The notes: a model not told the origin generated them from the sequence alone. 64,000 nt of DNA from Gemmatimonadaceae bacterium (GCA_017881585.1 JADGQS010000001.1:932-64931), one strand, 5' to 3'. Numbered from the stretch's first letter, positions 35,287-45,699 are shown. Program-made: numbers and translations.

Positions 35287-35919
35287 TTAGGGCGACAACC
35301 TCCCAATCTTCCACGCCGAGCCGTCGCGCGTGTACACGATACGGTCGTGCAGCCGGCTCGGGCGGCCCTGCCAGAACTCAAGCGATGCAGGTGTCACGCG
35401 ATAGCCGCCCCAGTGCGGCGGAAGCGGCACGTCATCGGGATACGCGCGCTCGAGCCGTTCGACTTCCTTCTCGAGCATCTCGCGCGACGCGAGCGTCGTG
35501 CTCTGCTGCGACGCCCATGCGCCGACGCGGCTCCCGTGGGGCCGCGTATGGAAGTACGCCGCCGTTTCCTCGCGCGATACGCGCACGGCGGTTCCCGATA
35601 TGCGGACCTGGCGCTGCAGCGCGTCCCACCAGAAGCACAGGGACACGTGCGGGTTCGCGTCGAGCTCCGCGCCCTTCCGGCTGCGGTAGTCCGTGAAGAA
35701 CACGAAGCCGTTTGCGTCGGCACCCTTGAGGAGCACGACTCGTGCCGATGGATGACCGTCGCGCGTGCTCGTCGCGAGCGTCATCGCGTTCGGCTCGATC
35801 AGCCCCGCGTGCAGCGCCTCCTCGAACCACTTTTCGAATTGCAGGATGGGATCGGGGTCAACGTCCCGCTCGGTGAGCGATTCGCGGGCGTAGTCGAGTC
35901 GAAGGTGGGCGACATCCAT
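35287..35919 (-). CDS. pdxH: Pyridoxamine 5'-phosphate oxidase
   Basis: 210 aa. NAMTLATS..GHPSARVVLLKG, FFTDYRSRKG, HWGGYRV.P..LEFWQGRPSRLHDR. Confidence 0.9.
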   Translation of the reverse strand: MDVAHLRLDYARESLTERDVDPDPILQFEKWFEEALHAGLIEPNAMTLATSTRDGHPSARVVLLKGADANGFVFFTDYRSRKGAELDANPHVSLCFWWDALQRQVRISGTAVRVSREETAAYFHTRPHGSRVGAWASQQSTTLASREMLEKEVERLERAYPDDVPLPPHWGGYRVTPASLEFWQGRPSRLHDRIVYTRDGSAWKIGRLSP

Positions 35920-35966
35920 GCCTCAAACTTAGCCGCCGCCGCGAAGGCGCGCTAAGTTCCCGTGCG

Positions 35967-36491
35967 ATGACTCTTCCTCCCGGCACCGCCTCGCATCGCG
36001 CGGAAGGCGACGCGCTCCCCGCGCTCCGCTGCGCCATCGTGACCGTCACCGACTCGCGCACCATCGACACCGACGAGTCGGGCAAGGCGATGCAGCGGCT
36101 GCTCGACGGCGCGGGCCATGTGATAGCGGACTACACGATCCTCCCGAACAACGAGGCCCGCGTGCGCGGCCATGTGCGCACGCTCATCGCGCGCACCGAT
36201 GTCGACGCCATCCTGATCACCGGCGGCACCGGGCTTGGCAGCAAGGACCGGACCGTGGAGGCCGTACGATCGCTGCTGGAAAAGGAACTTCCCGGGTTCG
36301 GGGAAATCTTTCGAGTCGTGTCGTTCCAGGAGCAGATCGGCGCGGCCGCGATTCTCTCACGCGCGGTCGCCGGATCCGCGAACGGGAAGCTGGTGGTCTC
36401 GATGCCGGGGTCGAAGGCGGCCGTCGAGCTGGCGCTCACGCGGATCATCCTGCCGGAACTGCGGCATGCGATCCGCGAGCTGCGGCGCTAA
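35967..36491 (+). CDS. moaB: Molybdenum cofactor biosynthesis protein B (MoaB/MogA family)
   Basis: VTVTDSR..DESG, ILITGGTGLGSKD, PGSKAAVE. Confidence 0.85.
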   Translation: MTLPPGTASHRAEGDALPALRCAIVTVTDSRTIDTDESGKAMQRLLDGAGHVIADYTILPNNEARVRGHVRTLIARTDVDAILITGGTGLGSKDRTVEAVRSLLEKELPGFGEIFRVVSFQEQIGAAAILSRAVAGSANGKLVVSMPGSKAAVELALTRIILPELRHAIRELRR

Positions 36492-36928
36492 CCGAGCTCC
36501 AGCGACCAGGTGATCGCCATCTCCGGATCCATCGTGTCGCGCACCGTGCAGTAGCGTGTCACGGCCAGCTCGATCGCGCGCATCGTCTGCGTGTGGTCGA
36601 TTCCCGCGCCGGTGATCTTGTACGCGAGATGTGCGCGCGTTACGCGGCGCGGCGTCTCGCCCTTCCGTTCGGCGGTCACTGAAACGTCCATCGACGCCGG
36701 CGGCGTCTTCCGCTTCGTGAGCATCTCGACCACGTCGATGGCGGTGCACGTCCCGAGCGAGATGAGCAGCGTCTCCGGCGGGCTCGGCCCTTCCTTCGAG
36801 TGGCCGTCGATGCGAACGGTCGGGGCTCCCGCCTTCCCCGCGTCGAACGTCCACGCGCCCTTCCACTGCACGCCGACGGTCAGGTCGGCGCGCACCTCGT
36901 CCGGGGTGCCGGGGCGGTCGTATTTCAT
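36488..36928 (-). CDS. OsmC/Ohr family protein
   Basis: 146 aa. SPPETLLISLGTCTAIDVV and AIELAVTRYCTV carry the two conserved Cys of OsmC. Confidence 0.85.
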   Translation of the reverse strand: MKYDRPGTPDEVRADLTVGVQWKGAWTFDAGKAGAPTVRIDGHSKEGPSPPETLLISLGTCTAIDVVEMLTKRKTPPASMDVSVTAERKGETPRRVTRAHLAYKITGAGIDHTQTMRAIELAVTRYCTVRDTMDPEMAITWSLELG

Positions 36929-36933
36929 GGCGT

Positions 36934-37266
36934 CTATCCTATCCGGGTTCCATTTTCCACCGCGTGCCCCGGGCGCAGCAGCACCACCTCGGTGGGCGAC
37001 GGCATGGCACCGAGCACGAGCACCTGGCTCGTGAATCCCGCGATGCGCCGTTCGCCGATGTTCACCACTGCGATGACCTGCGTACCGGTGAGTTCGGCCG
37101 GTGCGTAGTGCGTCGTAATCTGCGCGCTTGACCGCTTGATCCCAAGCTCCGGTCCGAAGTCGACTTCCAGCTTGATCGACGGCTTCCTCGCCTCGGGGAA
37201 TGGCTCCGCGCGCACGACGGTGCCGACACGGATGTCGATCGCGAAAAAATCTTCCGGCGTCGGCAT
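36934..37266 (-). CDS. csaA: tRNA-binding protein CsaA (EMAP/OB domain)
   Basis: 110 aa. FAIDIRVGTVVRAEPFPEARKPSIKLEVDFG..RSSAQIT..LTGTQVIAVVN. Confidence 0.85.
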   Translation of the reverse strand: MPTPEDFFAIDIRVGTVVRAEPFPEARKPSIKLEVDFGPELGIKRSSAQITTHYAPAELTGTQVIAVVNIGERRIAGFTSQVLVLGAMPSPTEVVLLRPGHAVENGTRIG

Positions 37267-37269
37267 CGG

Positions 37270-40092
37270 TCAGTCGGGCTTCACGGCCGGCGGCTTCGGC
37301 GCGGCCTCGGGGAGGAGCGTGAATCGCGCGTACTGCTCCGGACGCAGGTAGAGCGTCGCCGCGTCACGGATCATCTCGCGCGTCAACCCCTTCACGAGCT
37401 CGGGGTAGCGCAGGAAATCGCGCTGGTCGCGATGGTCCTCGTCGGCATCCGACATCGCGTTGAGCCACGAGGCGTTCTGCTTGAGGCCGGTCTCGTGTCC
37501 ACGCAGTTCGATCTCCTTGATCTTCGTGAGATTCGAGTCGCTCACGGTTCCGGCCTTGATCTCGTCGAACACCTTGAAGACGGCGGCGACGAGCTCGTCC
37601 ACGCGCTCCGGCGAAGAGCCGAACTCGACGCTCAGGTTGTAGTGCTCGTACGGAATGTTGCTGCACGAGCCGCCGGCGCTCGCACCGTATGTGCCGCCCT
37701 TCTCCCCGCGGAGCACCTCGCGCAGGCGGATGTTGAGCAGCTCCGTCAGTGCGTCGAGCGCGTAACGGCTCGCGAAACTGTACGTGCAGCTGCCGGTGAA
37801 AATCAGCGACGTCGCGGCCTTGGGTTCCACGCCCTTCCGGACGGTCTTCTGGATCACGCCGGCCGGCGGCCGAATCCCGTTGTCCTTGACCCTCTCGCTC
37901 CTGTTCAGCGACGGCAGCGACGCGAGGTACTGCTCCACCAGCGGCCGCACCGAGTCGGGTTTGAAGCTGCCCACGAGGAAGAAGGTGAAGCCGCTCGCGT
38001 CGGCGAACCGGTCGCGATAGATGTCGAACGCGCGCCGCAGGTCCACCGAGTCGAGCAGCTCCGGCGAGAGCAGGTGCACGCGCGGATGGTGCTGCGCCAT
38101 CGTGGCCTCGACGGTGTCGCCGAACACCGCTTCGGGATCGTTCTTCTGGTTCGCGAGCATGGCGCGCATCTGCGCCTTGAACGCGAGATACGCGCTCGTG
38201 TCCACGCGCGGCGCCGTCATGCGCAGCCACGCGAGCTGAAACATCGTTTCCATGTCCTGCACCGACGCGGTGCCGCGCAGGCCCTCCCCGTTCCCGTCGA
38301 TGCCGGCTGCGACGTTCACCTTTTTCCCCGCGAGTTTCTTGCCGAGCGCGATCGCGTTGAACGAGCCGACTCCGCTGCGCGACATCACCACCGAGCTCAG
38401 GTCGGCGTCGATCACGTCCGCGTCGGGCACGATCGATTCACCGCCGGGCGACCGCGCGGCGAAGAGCAACTCGTCGGCCTTGAAGTCCGTCGGCTTGAGC
38501 AGGACCCGCGCACCGTTCGAGAGCGTCCACTCCGTGATTCCCGTCTCGGGCAGCGCGCGTTCCGTCACGATCTTGCCCGGCGCCGGCCGGCTTGGCACGA
38601 GCGCCGCGTCCGATGACGAATCCACATAGGCGGTGAGCGTGGCGCTCCCGGCCGCGTCGAACACCTTGAGCATCGCGGCGGCACTCGGGACGTGAACCTC
38701 CGGTTTTTCGGCTGCGGCAACGAGCACCACGCGGTTCTTCTCGCCGAACGACGTCTTCGAGAGCGCGTTGACCTCGCCGACGGTGATCGTCGGGGCGAGC
38801 GACTTCGCGAGCGGCTCCTCCTTCTCGATCCCGATGATCGGCGTGCCCCAGAGCGTGCTGCTCACGTATTCGTCGACGAACTGCGAGCTGTTCGTCTTGT
38901 CGCGCTCCGCGTACTGCTGCTCCATCGAGCGGAGGAGATTGGTGCGCTGGCGGTCGAGCTCGGTTTGCGTGAATCCGAATCGCGAGATGCGTTCCGCCTC
39001 TCCGAGCAGCGCCTCGGCGGCCTTCTCGAACCCGCTCTCCTTCACTCCGGCGAAGAGCTGGTAGGCGTCCTTCGTTCGCACGAAGCTGCCGCGGCCGCCC
39101 TGCGCGAACGCGAAGGGCGCGTCGGCGCGCTGTGAAATCTCTGAAAAGCGAGCGTTCACCATCCCGTCGTAGAACGACGACACGAGCGTGCGGCGGAAAT
39201 CCGCGATCGTGTGCACGCTGTCGCGCGGCTTGAGCCAGAGGAGCCCTACCGAGGAGAGCGGATATTCCTTGTCGGTCTCTATCGAGACGAGCGTCTGGTC
39301 GTGATCGGGCACCGCGGCGTACTCGCGCAGCCGCGGCGCCTTGGGGCTCGGAATGGCGGCGAACCGCTGCTTGATCGACGCCTCCATCTGCGTCGGATCG
39401 AAATCGCCGACGGCGATGACCGTCATGAGGTCGGGGCGATACCAGTCGCGATAGAACTTCATGGCGAGACTGTCCGCGAAGCTCTCGAGGTTTTCCTTCG
39501 TCCCGATCGGCACCCGCAGGGCGTACTTGGACCCTTGCAGCATCACGGGGAACTGGCGGTACTGCACTCGTGTGGACGCGTCGCGCCCCGTGCGCCACTC
39601 CTCGATGACGACGCCGCGCTCTTTCTTCAGTTCGGCCGCGTCGAATGTCGCCGCGCCGCTCGCCCAGTCCTGCAGGATGTCGAGCGCCGAGTTCACGAGG
39701 CGCGCCGTGTCCGTCGGAATGGTGAGCATGTAGACGGTTTCGTCGAACGACGTGTACGCGTTCAGGTCCGCGCCGAACCGCATGCCCACGCGCTCGAGGT
39801 AGTTCACGATGTCCTGCTTGGGGAATCGCTTCGTGCCGTCGAACATCATGTGCTCGACGAAATGCGCGAGGCCCCGCTGCGCGTCGTCTTCGAGAATCGA
39901 ACCCGCGTTCACCACCAGCCTCAGCTCCGCACGGTTCTCGGGCTTCTTGTTGCGGCGGATGATGTACTGGAGTCCGTTCGGGAACTGGCCCCGGACGACG
40001 TGGGCGTCGGCGGGGAGGGGCGCGGAGAGGTCCTGCGCGCTTGCCGTGGAGGCGAGGGAGGACAGGAAAACGATGAGGAGTAAGCGACGCAT
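37270..40092 (-). CDS. M16 family (pitrilysin/insulinase-like) zinc peptidase, double-length, secreted
   Basis: 940 aa. Signal peptide LLLIVFLSSLASTASAQ. Inverted zinc motif HFVEHMMFDGT (HxxEH). Four M16 half-domains. Confidence 0.9.
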   Translation of the reverse strand: MRRLLLIVFLSSLASTASAQDLSAPLPADAHVVRGQFPNGLQYIIRRNKKPENRAELRLVVNAGSILEDDAQRGLAHFVEHMMFDGTKRFPKQDIVNYLERVGMRFGADLNAYTSFDETVYMLTIPTDTARLVNSALDILQDWASGAATFDAAELKKERGVVIEEWRTGRDASTRVQYRQFPVMLQGSKYALRVPIGTKENLESFADSLAMKFYRDWYRPDLMTVIAVGDFDPTQMEASIKQRFAAIPSPKAPRLREYAAVPDHDQTLVSIETDKEYPLSSVGLLWLKPRDSVHTIADFRRTLVSSFYDGMVNARFSEISQRADAPFAFAQGGRGSFVRTKDAYQLFAGVKESGFEKAAEALLGEAERISRFGFTQTELDRQRTNLLRSMEQQYAERDKTNSSQFVDEYVSSTLWGTPIIGIEKEEPLAKSLAPTITVGEVNALSKTSFGEKNRVVLVAAAEKPEVHVPSAAAMLKVFDAAGSATLTAYVDSSSDAALVPSRPAPGKIVTERALPETGITEWTLSNGARVLLKPTDFKADELLFAARSPGGESIVPDADVIDADLSSVVMSRSGVGSFNAIALGKKLAGKKVNVAAGIDGNGEGLRGTASVQDMETMFQLAWLRMTAPRVDTSAYLAFKAQMRAMLANQKNDPEAVFGDTVEATMAQHHPRVHLLSPELLDSVDLRRAFDIYRDRFADASGFTFFLVGSFKPDSVRPLVEQYLASLPSLNRSERVKDNGIRPPAGVIQKTVRKGVEPKAATSLIFTGSCTYSFASRYALDALTELLNIRLREVLRGEKGGTYGASAGGSCSNIPYEHYNLSVEFGSSPERVDELVAAVFKVFDEIKAGTVSDSNLTKIKEIELRGHETGLKQNASWLNAMSDADEDHRDQRDFLRYPELVKGLTREMIRDAATLYLRPEQYARFTLLPEAAPKPPAVKPD

Positions 40093-40211
40093 TTGGACGG
40101 CTGTGAGAGGAGGTAGTGGAAACTAGTTGAGTCCATTTGGCGGTGCCCCAGCCGTTGGACACAATTCCGTCGCACCGAGGTGCTAGGTTCATCAGTATTG
40201 CTGCTTGATAC

Positions 40212-40353
40212 GGGATGCGGGGTGGGATGCGGAATCCGGAATTCCGCATCCATCTCGCCACTCGCCTCTTATCCTCGTATCAACATTCCTTTTCTGCATT
40301 CTGAATCGGGCCGAAATTCCGCATCCCGCATCCCACCCCGGATTCCGCATCCC
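40212..40353. repeat. Cluster of GGGATGCGG(AAT) / (ATT)CCGCATCCC motifs in the divergent M16-peptidase / ferredoxin promoter region
   Basis: Forward copies at 40212-40220 and 40224-40235. Inverted copies at 40241-40251, 40316-40327, 40327-40334 and 40342-40353. Local hairpin GGATGCGGAAT-ccgga-ATTCCGCATCC at 40225-40251. Confidence 0.75.
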
Positions 40354-40374
40354 GAAGTGACCCAACCCCCCGAA

Positions 40375-40686
40375 ATGGAGCCGTATTCCCGCCACGTGCT
40401 GGTTTGCACCGGCGGCTTCTGCTCCCCCGAGCGCCGCGGCCGCGCGCTGTACAGCAGGCTTGCGGGGTTGCTCCAACGCGAGGGGCTCCTCTTCGGCCCC
40501 ACCCGGGTCAAACGGTCCGAAACGCCCTGCCTCGGGGTGTGCAGTTCAGGGCCCATCGTGGCGGTCTATCCCGAGGGGATCTGGTACTCCAACGTCACCC
40601 CGGCACTCCTCGAACGCATTGTGGTTGAACACCTTCGCGACGGAAAAGTGGTCGCCGAGGCTGTCTTTCACCGCCTTCATGGGTGA
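40375..40686 (+). CDS. Thioredoxin-like [2Fe-2S] ferredoxin domain protein
   Basis: HVLVCTGGFCSPE..PCLGVCSSGPIVAVYPEGIWY is the Cys pattern of thioredoxin-like 2Fe-2S ferredoxins. Start ATG 40375; the upstream ORF part runs through repeats. Confidence 0.7.
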   Translation: MEPYSRHVLVCTGGFCSPERRGRALYSRLAGLLQREGLLFGPTRVKRSETPCLGVCSSGPIVAVYPEGIWYSNVTPALLERIVVEHLRDGKVVAEAVFHRLHG

Positions 40687-40761
40687 ACCTGCGTCTTGCG
40701 CCGGAGGAGCGCGGGCGTGAATTTCGCTGATAGACCGGTCGCCCCGGATACAGGAACGCCG

Positions 40762-41031
40762 ATGTCCGAAATACTCTACGAGCGAACGATGCCACAGGGC
40801 CACGTGGTGCGAATCCGGCGGCTGACGCCGGATGGCTCCGCGCCCATGCGGGCGGTGATCGAAATCGATCGCCGCGCCGGGAGTCCGCGCACGTCGGGTG
40901 GCGGCGGTCATCCGCCGGCGCTCATGGCCGTGGAAGGCGAGAGCGAACCGGATGTCGTGGCTTCCCTCCTTCCGTTCGTGCAAGACGACGCGTCCGTCGC
41001 GAGACTCCTCGCGCAGCGCGGCGTGCGGTGA
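40762..41031 (+). CDS. Hypothetical small protein (alternative TTG start 40696)
   Basis: ORF downstream of the ferredoxin-like gene. AGGA lies 8 nt before ATG 40762. Its stop forms a GTGA overlap with the next ORF. No family recognised. Confidence 0.35.
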   Translation: MSEILYERTMPQGHVVRIRRLTPDGSAPMRAVIEIDRRAGSPRTSGGGGHPPALMAVEGESEPDVVASLLPFVQDDASVARLLAQRGVR

Positions 41032-41354
41032 CCTCACCGCTCAATCCGCGCCGGCTGATGCTTGGCGCCGCCAAGAAATTCCTGCTCGATACTCCCGCCC
41101 CGAAGCCCGGCCCGCCCGCTTCCGCCCGCTTCGAGCCGCCCCGACTCACTGCAGACATTCTGGAGAACAAAAGCATGTCCCGATCCCGCGATCGCATTCT
41201 CGCCAACCTCGATGAGATGTACCGCGAGGCGTTCGAACGTTCCAAGGCCACCGGCGACGATGCACAGATGGCGTCGCTCGACTTCGCCTACCGCCGCGAA
41301 CAGCTCTACTTCGAGATCCTGCTGGACGTTCGCGACGCGATCGAGCGCCAGTAG
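41028..41354 (+). CDS. Hypothetical small protein (alternative ATG 41175)
   Basis: GTGA-coupled to the preceding ORF, as at several confirmed gene junctions in this window. C-terminal helical part RILANLDEMYREAFERSK..LDFAYRREQLYFEILLDV. No family recognised. Confidence 0.4.
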   Translation: MTSPLNPRRLMLGAAKKFLLDTPAPKPGPPASARFEPPRLTADILENKSMSRSRDRILANLDEMYREAFERSKATGDDAQMASLDFAYRREQLYFEILLDVRDAIERQ

Positions 41355-41387
41355 GGTGTTCGCCACCGCCCGCCACGGCGCGCCGGC

Positions 41388-43328
41388 GTGCAGCTGATTC
41401 CGCTCGTCCTCGTGCTGCTCGCGGGCTCCGCGGCAGTCTGGTGGATGCTGCGGTCGCGAGCCCACCTCAGCGCGCGCGTCGCCGAGGAGGCGGAAGCCCG
41501 GCGGAGGCTCGAGGAACTGCAGGCCAGCCTGCTCGAGCGCACCGTCGAGCTCGAGGACGCGAACGAACATCTCGAGCGTGAGATCGAGGAGCGCCGCAAG
41601 ATGGAACTCGCGCTCCGCGAGAGCGAGGAGCGCTACGCCCTCGCCGCGCGCGGTGCGAACGACGGGCTCTGGGACTGGAACCTCGTCGCCGGCGAGGTCT
41701 ACCTCTCCGAGCGCTGGCGGGAGATGGTCGGCATGGTGGACCCGTCGATTTCGCTGAGCCCCGAGGAGTGGTTCAGCCGCGTCCACCTGAGCGACCTGCC
41801 GCAGCTCAAGGTGGATATCGCCGCGCAGGCCGCCGGGTCGCGATCGCATTTCCACAGCGAGCACCGCCTCCGCCACAGCGAGGGATTCTTCATCTGGGTG
41901 CTCTGCCGCGGCATCGTCGTGCGCGACACCGAAGGGCGCGCGCTGCGCATCGCCGGCTCGATGACCGACATCACGGCGCGAAAGGATCTCGAGGAGCGCC
42001 TGCGGCGCGAGGCGCAGTTCGACTCCCTGACCACGCTGCCGAACCGCAGTTATGCCACGGACCTCCTGCGGCGAGCGATCGCGCGCGCCAAGCGCAACCG
42101 CGAGCAGCAGTTCGGCGTGCTCTTCCTCGACTGCGACCGTTTCAAGGTCGTCAACGACTCGCTCGGCCATCACGCGGGCGACTCGCTGCTTCGTCTCGTC
42201 GCGGGCCGCCTCAACGGCTGCGTGCGGCCCGGCGACGTCGTCGCGCGGCTCGGCGGCGACGAGTTCGTCGTGATCCTCGAGGGCGTCAAGGACGAGGCCG
42301 AGGCGATCACCGTTGCCGAGCGCATCCAGCATTCACTCGCGCAGCCGTTCTACCTCGACGGCCGCGAACTCTTCATGTCGGTCAGCGTCGGCATCGCGAT
42401 GAGCCAGCCCGGCGTGGAGCGTCCCGAGGACTACCTGCGCGACGCCGACCTCGCGATGTACCGCGCGAAGCTGCGCGGACGCGCGAGGCACGAGGTGTTC
42501 CGCGCGGACATGCGTGCCGGCGCGGTTTTGCAGATGGCGCTCGAAAATGACCTGCGGCACTCGATGGATCGCGGGGAGCTGCGCGTGATGTACCAGCCGA
42601 TCTGGTCGCTCGCGTCGGGCCGCATCGTGGGGTTCGAGGCGCTCGTTCGATGGGATCATCCGACGCACGGCGCGATGCAACCCGCCGATTTCATTCCGAT
42701 CGCGGAAGAGACGGGGCTGATCCTTCCGCTCGGCGAATGGGTGCTGCGCCAGGCGGCGCAGCGGCTCGCGCACTGGAACACGAAGGTCGTCGCCGACGAT
42801 CCGATCTGGGTGAGCGTCAACGTCACCGCGCGGCAGCTCACGCACCCGGGCCTGGTTGAAATCGTGAAGAACGCGATCGCCGAAACCGGAATCGAGGCGT
42901 CGCGCCTGAAGCTCGAGATCACGGAGTCGATGATCATGGCCGACGCGGTCGCGGCGGTCGGCGCGCTCGAGCAGCTCAAGACGCTCGGCATTCACCTGCT
43001 GATGGACGACTTCGGCACGGGGCACGCCTCGCTCAGCTACCTGCACCGCCTCCCGATCTCGACCATCAAGATCGACCGCTACTTCGTGGGCCGCATCGAC
43101 TCGAACAGCGAGTGCCTCGAGATCGTGCGCACGATCCTCAGTCTCTCGCGCAGTCTTTCGATGGACGTGGTGGCCGAGGGCGTGGAGAACGGCGCGCAGC
43201 GCGAGGTGCTGCAGTCATTGGGCTGCGAGTATGTGCAGGGGTATCTGCTCTCGCCGCCGCTCGATGCGGATGCGGCGGAGAGGCTGCTGCTGACGAATCG
43301 AGCGGTCGAGAGTGCGGCCTCTCGCTAA
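41388..43328 (+). CDS. Membrane-anchored PAS-GGDEF-EAL signalling protein (c-di-GMP turnover)
   Basis: N-terminal TM, coiled coil, PAS (GLWDWNL..), intact LGGDEF, EAL domain (FEALVRW, EITES, DDFGTG). Confidence 0.9.
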   Translation: MQLIPLVLVLLAGSAAVWWMLRSRAHLSARVAEEAEARRRLEELQASLLERTVELEDANEHLEREIEERRKMELALRESEERYALAARGANDGLWDWNLVAGEVYLSERWREMVGMVDPSISLSPEEWFSRVHLSDLPQLKVDIAAQAAGSRSHFHSEHRLRHSEGFFIWVLCRGIVVRDTEGRALRIAGSMTDITARKDLEERLRREAQFDSLTTLPNRSYATDLLRRAIARAKRNREQQFGVLFLDCDRFKVVNDSLGHHAGDSLLRLVAGRLNGCVRPGDVVARLGGDEFVVILEGVKDEAEAITVAERIQHSLAQPFYLDGRELFMSVSVGIAMSQPGVERPEDYLRDADLAMYRAKLRGRARHEVFRADMRAGAVLQMALENDLRHSMDRGELRVMYQPIWSLASGRIVGFEALVRWDHPTHGAMQPADFIPIAEETGLILPLGEWVLRQAAQRLAHWNTKVVADDPIWVSVNVTARQLTHPGLVEIVKNAIAETGIEASRLKLEITESMIMADAVAAVGALEQLKTLGIHLLMDDFGTGHASLSYLHRLPISTIKIDRYFVGRIDSNSECLEIVRTILSLSRSLSMDVVAEGVENGAQREVLQSLGCEYVQGYLLSPPLDADAAERLLLTNRAVESAASR

Positions 43329-43352
43329 AACCGTTTTTCAGTAGTCGGTTAT

Positions 43353-43506
43353 GACAACAAAGGGTGTGGGTTAACAGTCGTCGGATTGAAGGTCTTGAGA
43401 AAACGGCGACGGGACCGGTCGAGCGCTATTCCGCGCACCAACCGGTCCCGTCGCCGTTTCTTCACGACCAACCACCGATTTCCGTTAACTCATCCCCTTA
43501 GTTGCC
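43353..43506. repeat. Nested palindromic element with a terminator-like core, copy A (between convergent GGDEF-EAL and E1 genes)
   Basis: Perfect 19-bp inner stem AAACGGCGACGGGACCGGT (43401-43419) / ACCGGTCCCGTCGCCGTTT (43441-43459), 21-nt loop, A-tract before and T/C-tract after. Imperfect outer arms at 43353-43377 and 43482-43506. Confidence 0.8.
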
Positions 43507-43542
43507 AGAACCCATATCCGACGACGGTTCGTCAGTTGTCAG

Positions 43543-45657
43543 CTAGAAGGAAGCGATCTCCTCGTACGCCTTCACGAACGTGGAAACCTGCGGCAGGATC
43601 GCGTCTTCCAGCTGCGGCGCGTATCCGACGAACGTATCCGTGCTCGCCACCCGCCGCACCGGCGCGTCGAGCCAGGCGAAGCACTCGTCTGCAATGGATG
43701 CGGAAATTTCGGAACCGTATCCCCAGGAGAGCGAATCCTCGTACGCGACGATCACCCGTCCGGTCTTCTTCACGCTCGCGAACACCGTCTCGCGATCCCA
43801 CGGCGAGAGCGTACGCAGGTCGATCACTTCGACGTCGATCCCGCGCTCCGCCACCTCGCGCGCGGCAACAAGCGCTCGCTGAACCGTTGCACCGTACGTC
43901 ACCAGCGTGACCTGCGCTCCCTCGCGAAGCACCTTCGCCTTGCCGAACGGAATCATGAAGTTCGGCCCCGGATAGGCCGACTTGTTGTACGTCTGGCGGT
44001 ACAGATGCTTGTGCTCGAGGAAGATCACCGGATCGTCGCAGCGGATCGCGGTGCGGAGCAGTCCGTTCGCGTCGAGCGCGCTCGACGGGCAGACCACGCG
44101 CAGGCCGGGGCAATGCGTGAAGAGCGAGGCCCCCGTCTGCGAATGGTAGATCGCGCCGCGGATATAGCCGCCGTACGTCGTGCGCACGACGACCGCGGTG
44201 GAGAACGCGTTGTTGGAACGCCAGCGCATGGTCGCGAGCTCGTCGCGCAGCTGCATGTACGCGGGCCAGATGTAGTCGAAGAACTGGACTTCCACGACCG
44301 GCTTGAACCCGCGCGCCGCCAGCCCGATCGCGCGGCCGACGATGTTGGCCTCCGCGAGTGGCGTGTTGTAGACGCGTGTGCTGCCGAACTCCTTCTGCAG
44401 CCCCCACGTGACCTTGAAGACGCCGCCCTTGCCCTTGACCTTGCCGAGGTGTTCGTCACGCGACACGTCGGCGACGTCCTCGCCGAACATCAGGATCTTC
44501 GGGTCGCGGCGCATCTCGTCCTTCATGCACGAGTTGAGCAGGTCCACCATCGTCGTGGGCTCGCCCGCGAACTGCGGATCGTCCTCGGTGTCGAACTGCT
44601 CGCTCGTCGGATCGACGTCCGGCGAGTAGACGGCGAAGTGTACCGTGCTCGCGTCGGGCTGCGGCTGCAAGAGCGCGTCGTCCGTGGCGGCCAGCACCTC
44701 GGCCTCCACGTCGTCGCGGATCTTCGCGAGGTCGGCCTCGGTCGCGTAGCCCTCGTCGACGAGCCAGAGCGGGTAGGTCGTGAGCGGGTCGCGCGCGGCG
44801 TCCGCCTCGCGCTCCGCGGCCGGACGGTACATCACCTCGTCGTCCGAGAGCGAGTGCGAGTACGGGCGAATGACCTTCGCGTGGACGAGCGCCGGGCCTT
44901 TCCGCGCTCGCGCGTAGTCGATGGCCTTCTTCATCACGTCGTACGACGCGAGCAGATCGCAGCCGTCAACCGTCTGCACGTAGAGCCCGGGGAACGACTT
45001 CACCAGCTCGGAGATCGATCCGCCGGCTGTATTGACCTCGACGGGGACCGAGATCGCATAGCCGTTGTCCTCGACGAGATAGACGACGGGGAGCTTGAGA
45101 TTCGCGGCGGTGTTCAGCGACTCCCAGAACTCGCCTTCGCTCGTGGTGCCGTCGCCCGTGGTGCAGAGCACGACTTCGTCGCTGTGGAATCCTTCGGTGA
45201 TGCCGTTCTGTGTTGCACGCAGCGTCGCTTCGGCGTTGCCGACAGCCTGCAGAAACTGCGTGCCGGTCGGCGACGACATCGTGACGATGTTGAGCTTCTT
45301 GTGGCCCCAGTGGGACGGCATCTGGCGGCCGCCGGAGTTCGGATCGGCGGCGGCGCCGACGGCGGAATACAGCATCTCCGCCGCGGTCATCCCCATCTGC
45401 AGGCAGAACGCGCGGTCGCGGTAGTAGAGGTAGAACCAGTCGTAGCCCGGCTTCAGGAGCATGCCGGCCGCCGTGGTGACCGCTTCGTGCCCCGCGCTCG
45501 AGATCTGGAAGAAGATCTTGTTCTGGCGCTTGAGCCCGATCTCCTTGTCGTCCAGCCGGCGCGACAGGAGCATGTTGCGATATGCCGCGACGAGCTGCTC
45601 GCGGGAGAGGCCGTGCGTGGCGCTGCGCGCCTTGGATGTCGTCGCCATAGCCACCAT
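43543..45657 (-). CDS. Fused E1 alpha/beta subunit of a thiamine-diphosphate-dependent 2-oxoacid dehydrogenase
   Basis: Alpha part [16 protein letters not shown].., [12 protein letters not shown] (TPP-binding). Beta part MFGEDV..GGVFKVT, transketolase C-domain. Start ATG 45657; the further 270 upstream codons of the tracked ORF are Arg-rich shadow. Confidence 0.9.
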   Translation of the reverse strand: MVAMATTSKARSATHGLSREQLVAAYRNMLLSRRLDDKEIGLKRQNKIFFQISSAGHEAVTTAAGMLLKPGYDWFYLYYRDRAFCLQMGMTAAEMLYSAVGAAADPNSGGRQMPSHWGHKKLNIVTMSSPTGTQFLQAVGNAEATLRATQNGITEGFHSDEVVLCTTGDGTTSEGEFWESLNTAANLKLPVVYLVEDNGYAISVPVEVNTAGGSISELVKSFPGLYVQTVDGCDLLASYDVMKKAIDYARARKGPALVHAKVIRPYSHSLSDDEVMYRPAAEREADAARDPLTTYPLWLVDEGYATEADLAKIRDDVEAEVLAATDDALLQPQPDASTVHFAVYSPDVDPTSEQFDTEDDPQFAGEPTTMVDLLNSCMKDEMRRDPKILMFGEDVADVSRDEHLGKVKGKGGVFKVTWGLQKEFGSTRVYNTPLAEANIVGRAIGLAARGFKPVVEVQFFDYIWPAYMQLRDELATMRWRSNNAFSTAVVVRTTYGGYIRGAIYHSQTGASLFTHCPGLRVVCPSSALDANGLLRTAIRCDDPVIFLEHKHLYRQTYNKSAYPGPNFMIPFGKAKVLREGAQVTLVTYGATVQRALVAAREVAERGIDVEVIDLRTLSPWDRETVFASVKKTGRVIVAYEDSLSWGYGSEISASIADECFAWLDAPVRRVASTDTFVGYAPQLEDAILPQVSTFVKAYEEIASF

Positions 45658-45699
45658 TATAAGGGATTGCGGCCGACATTTCACGGAGCGTTTCACCCG

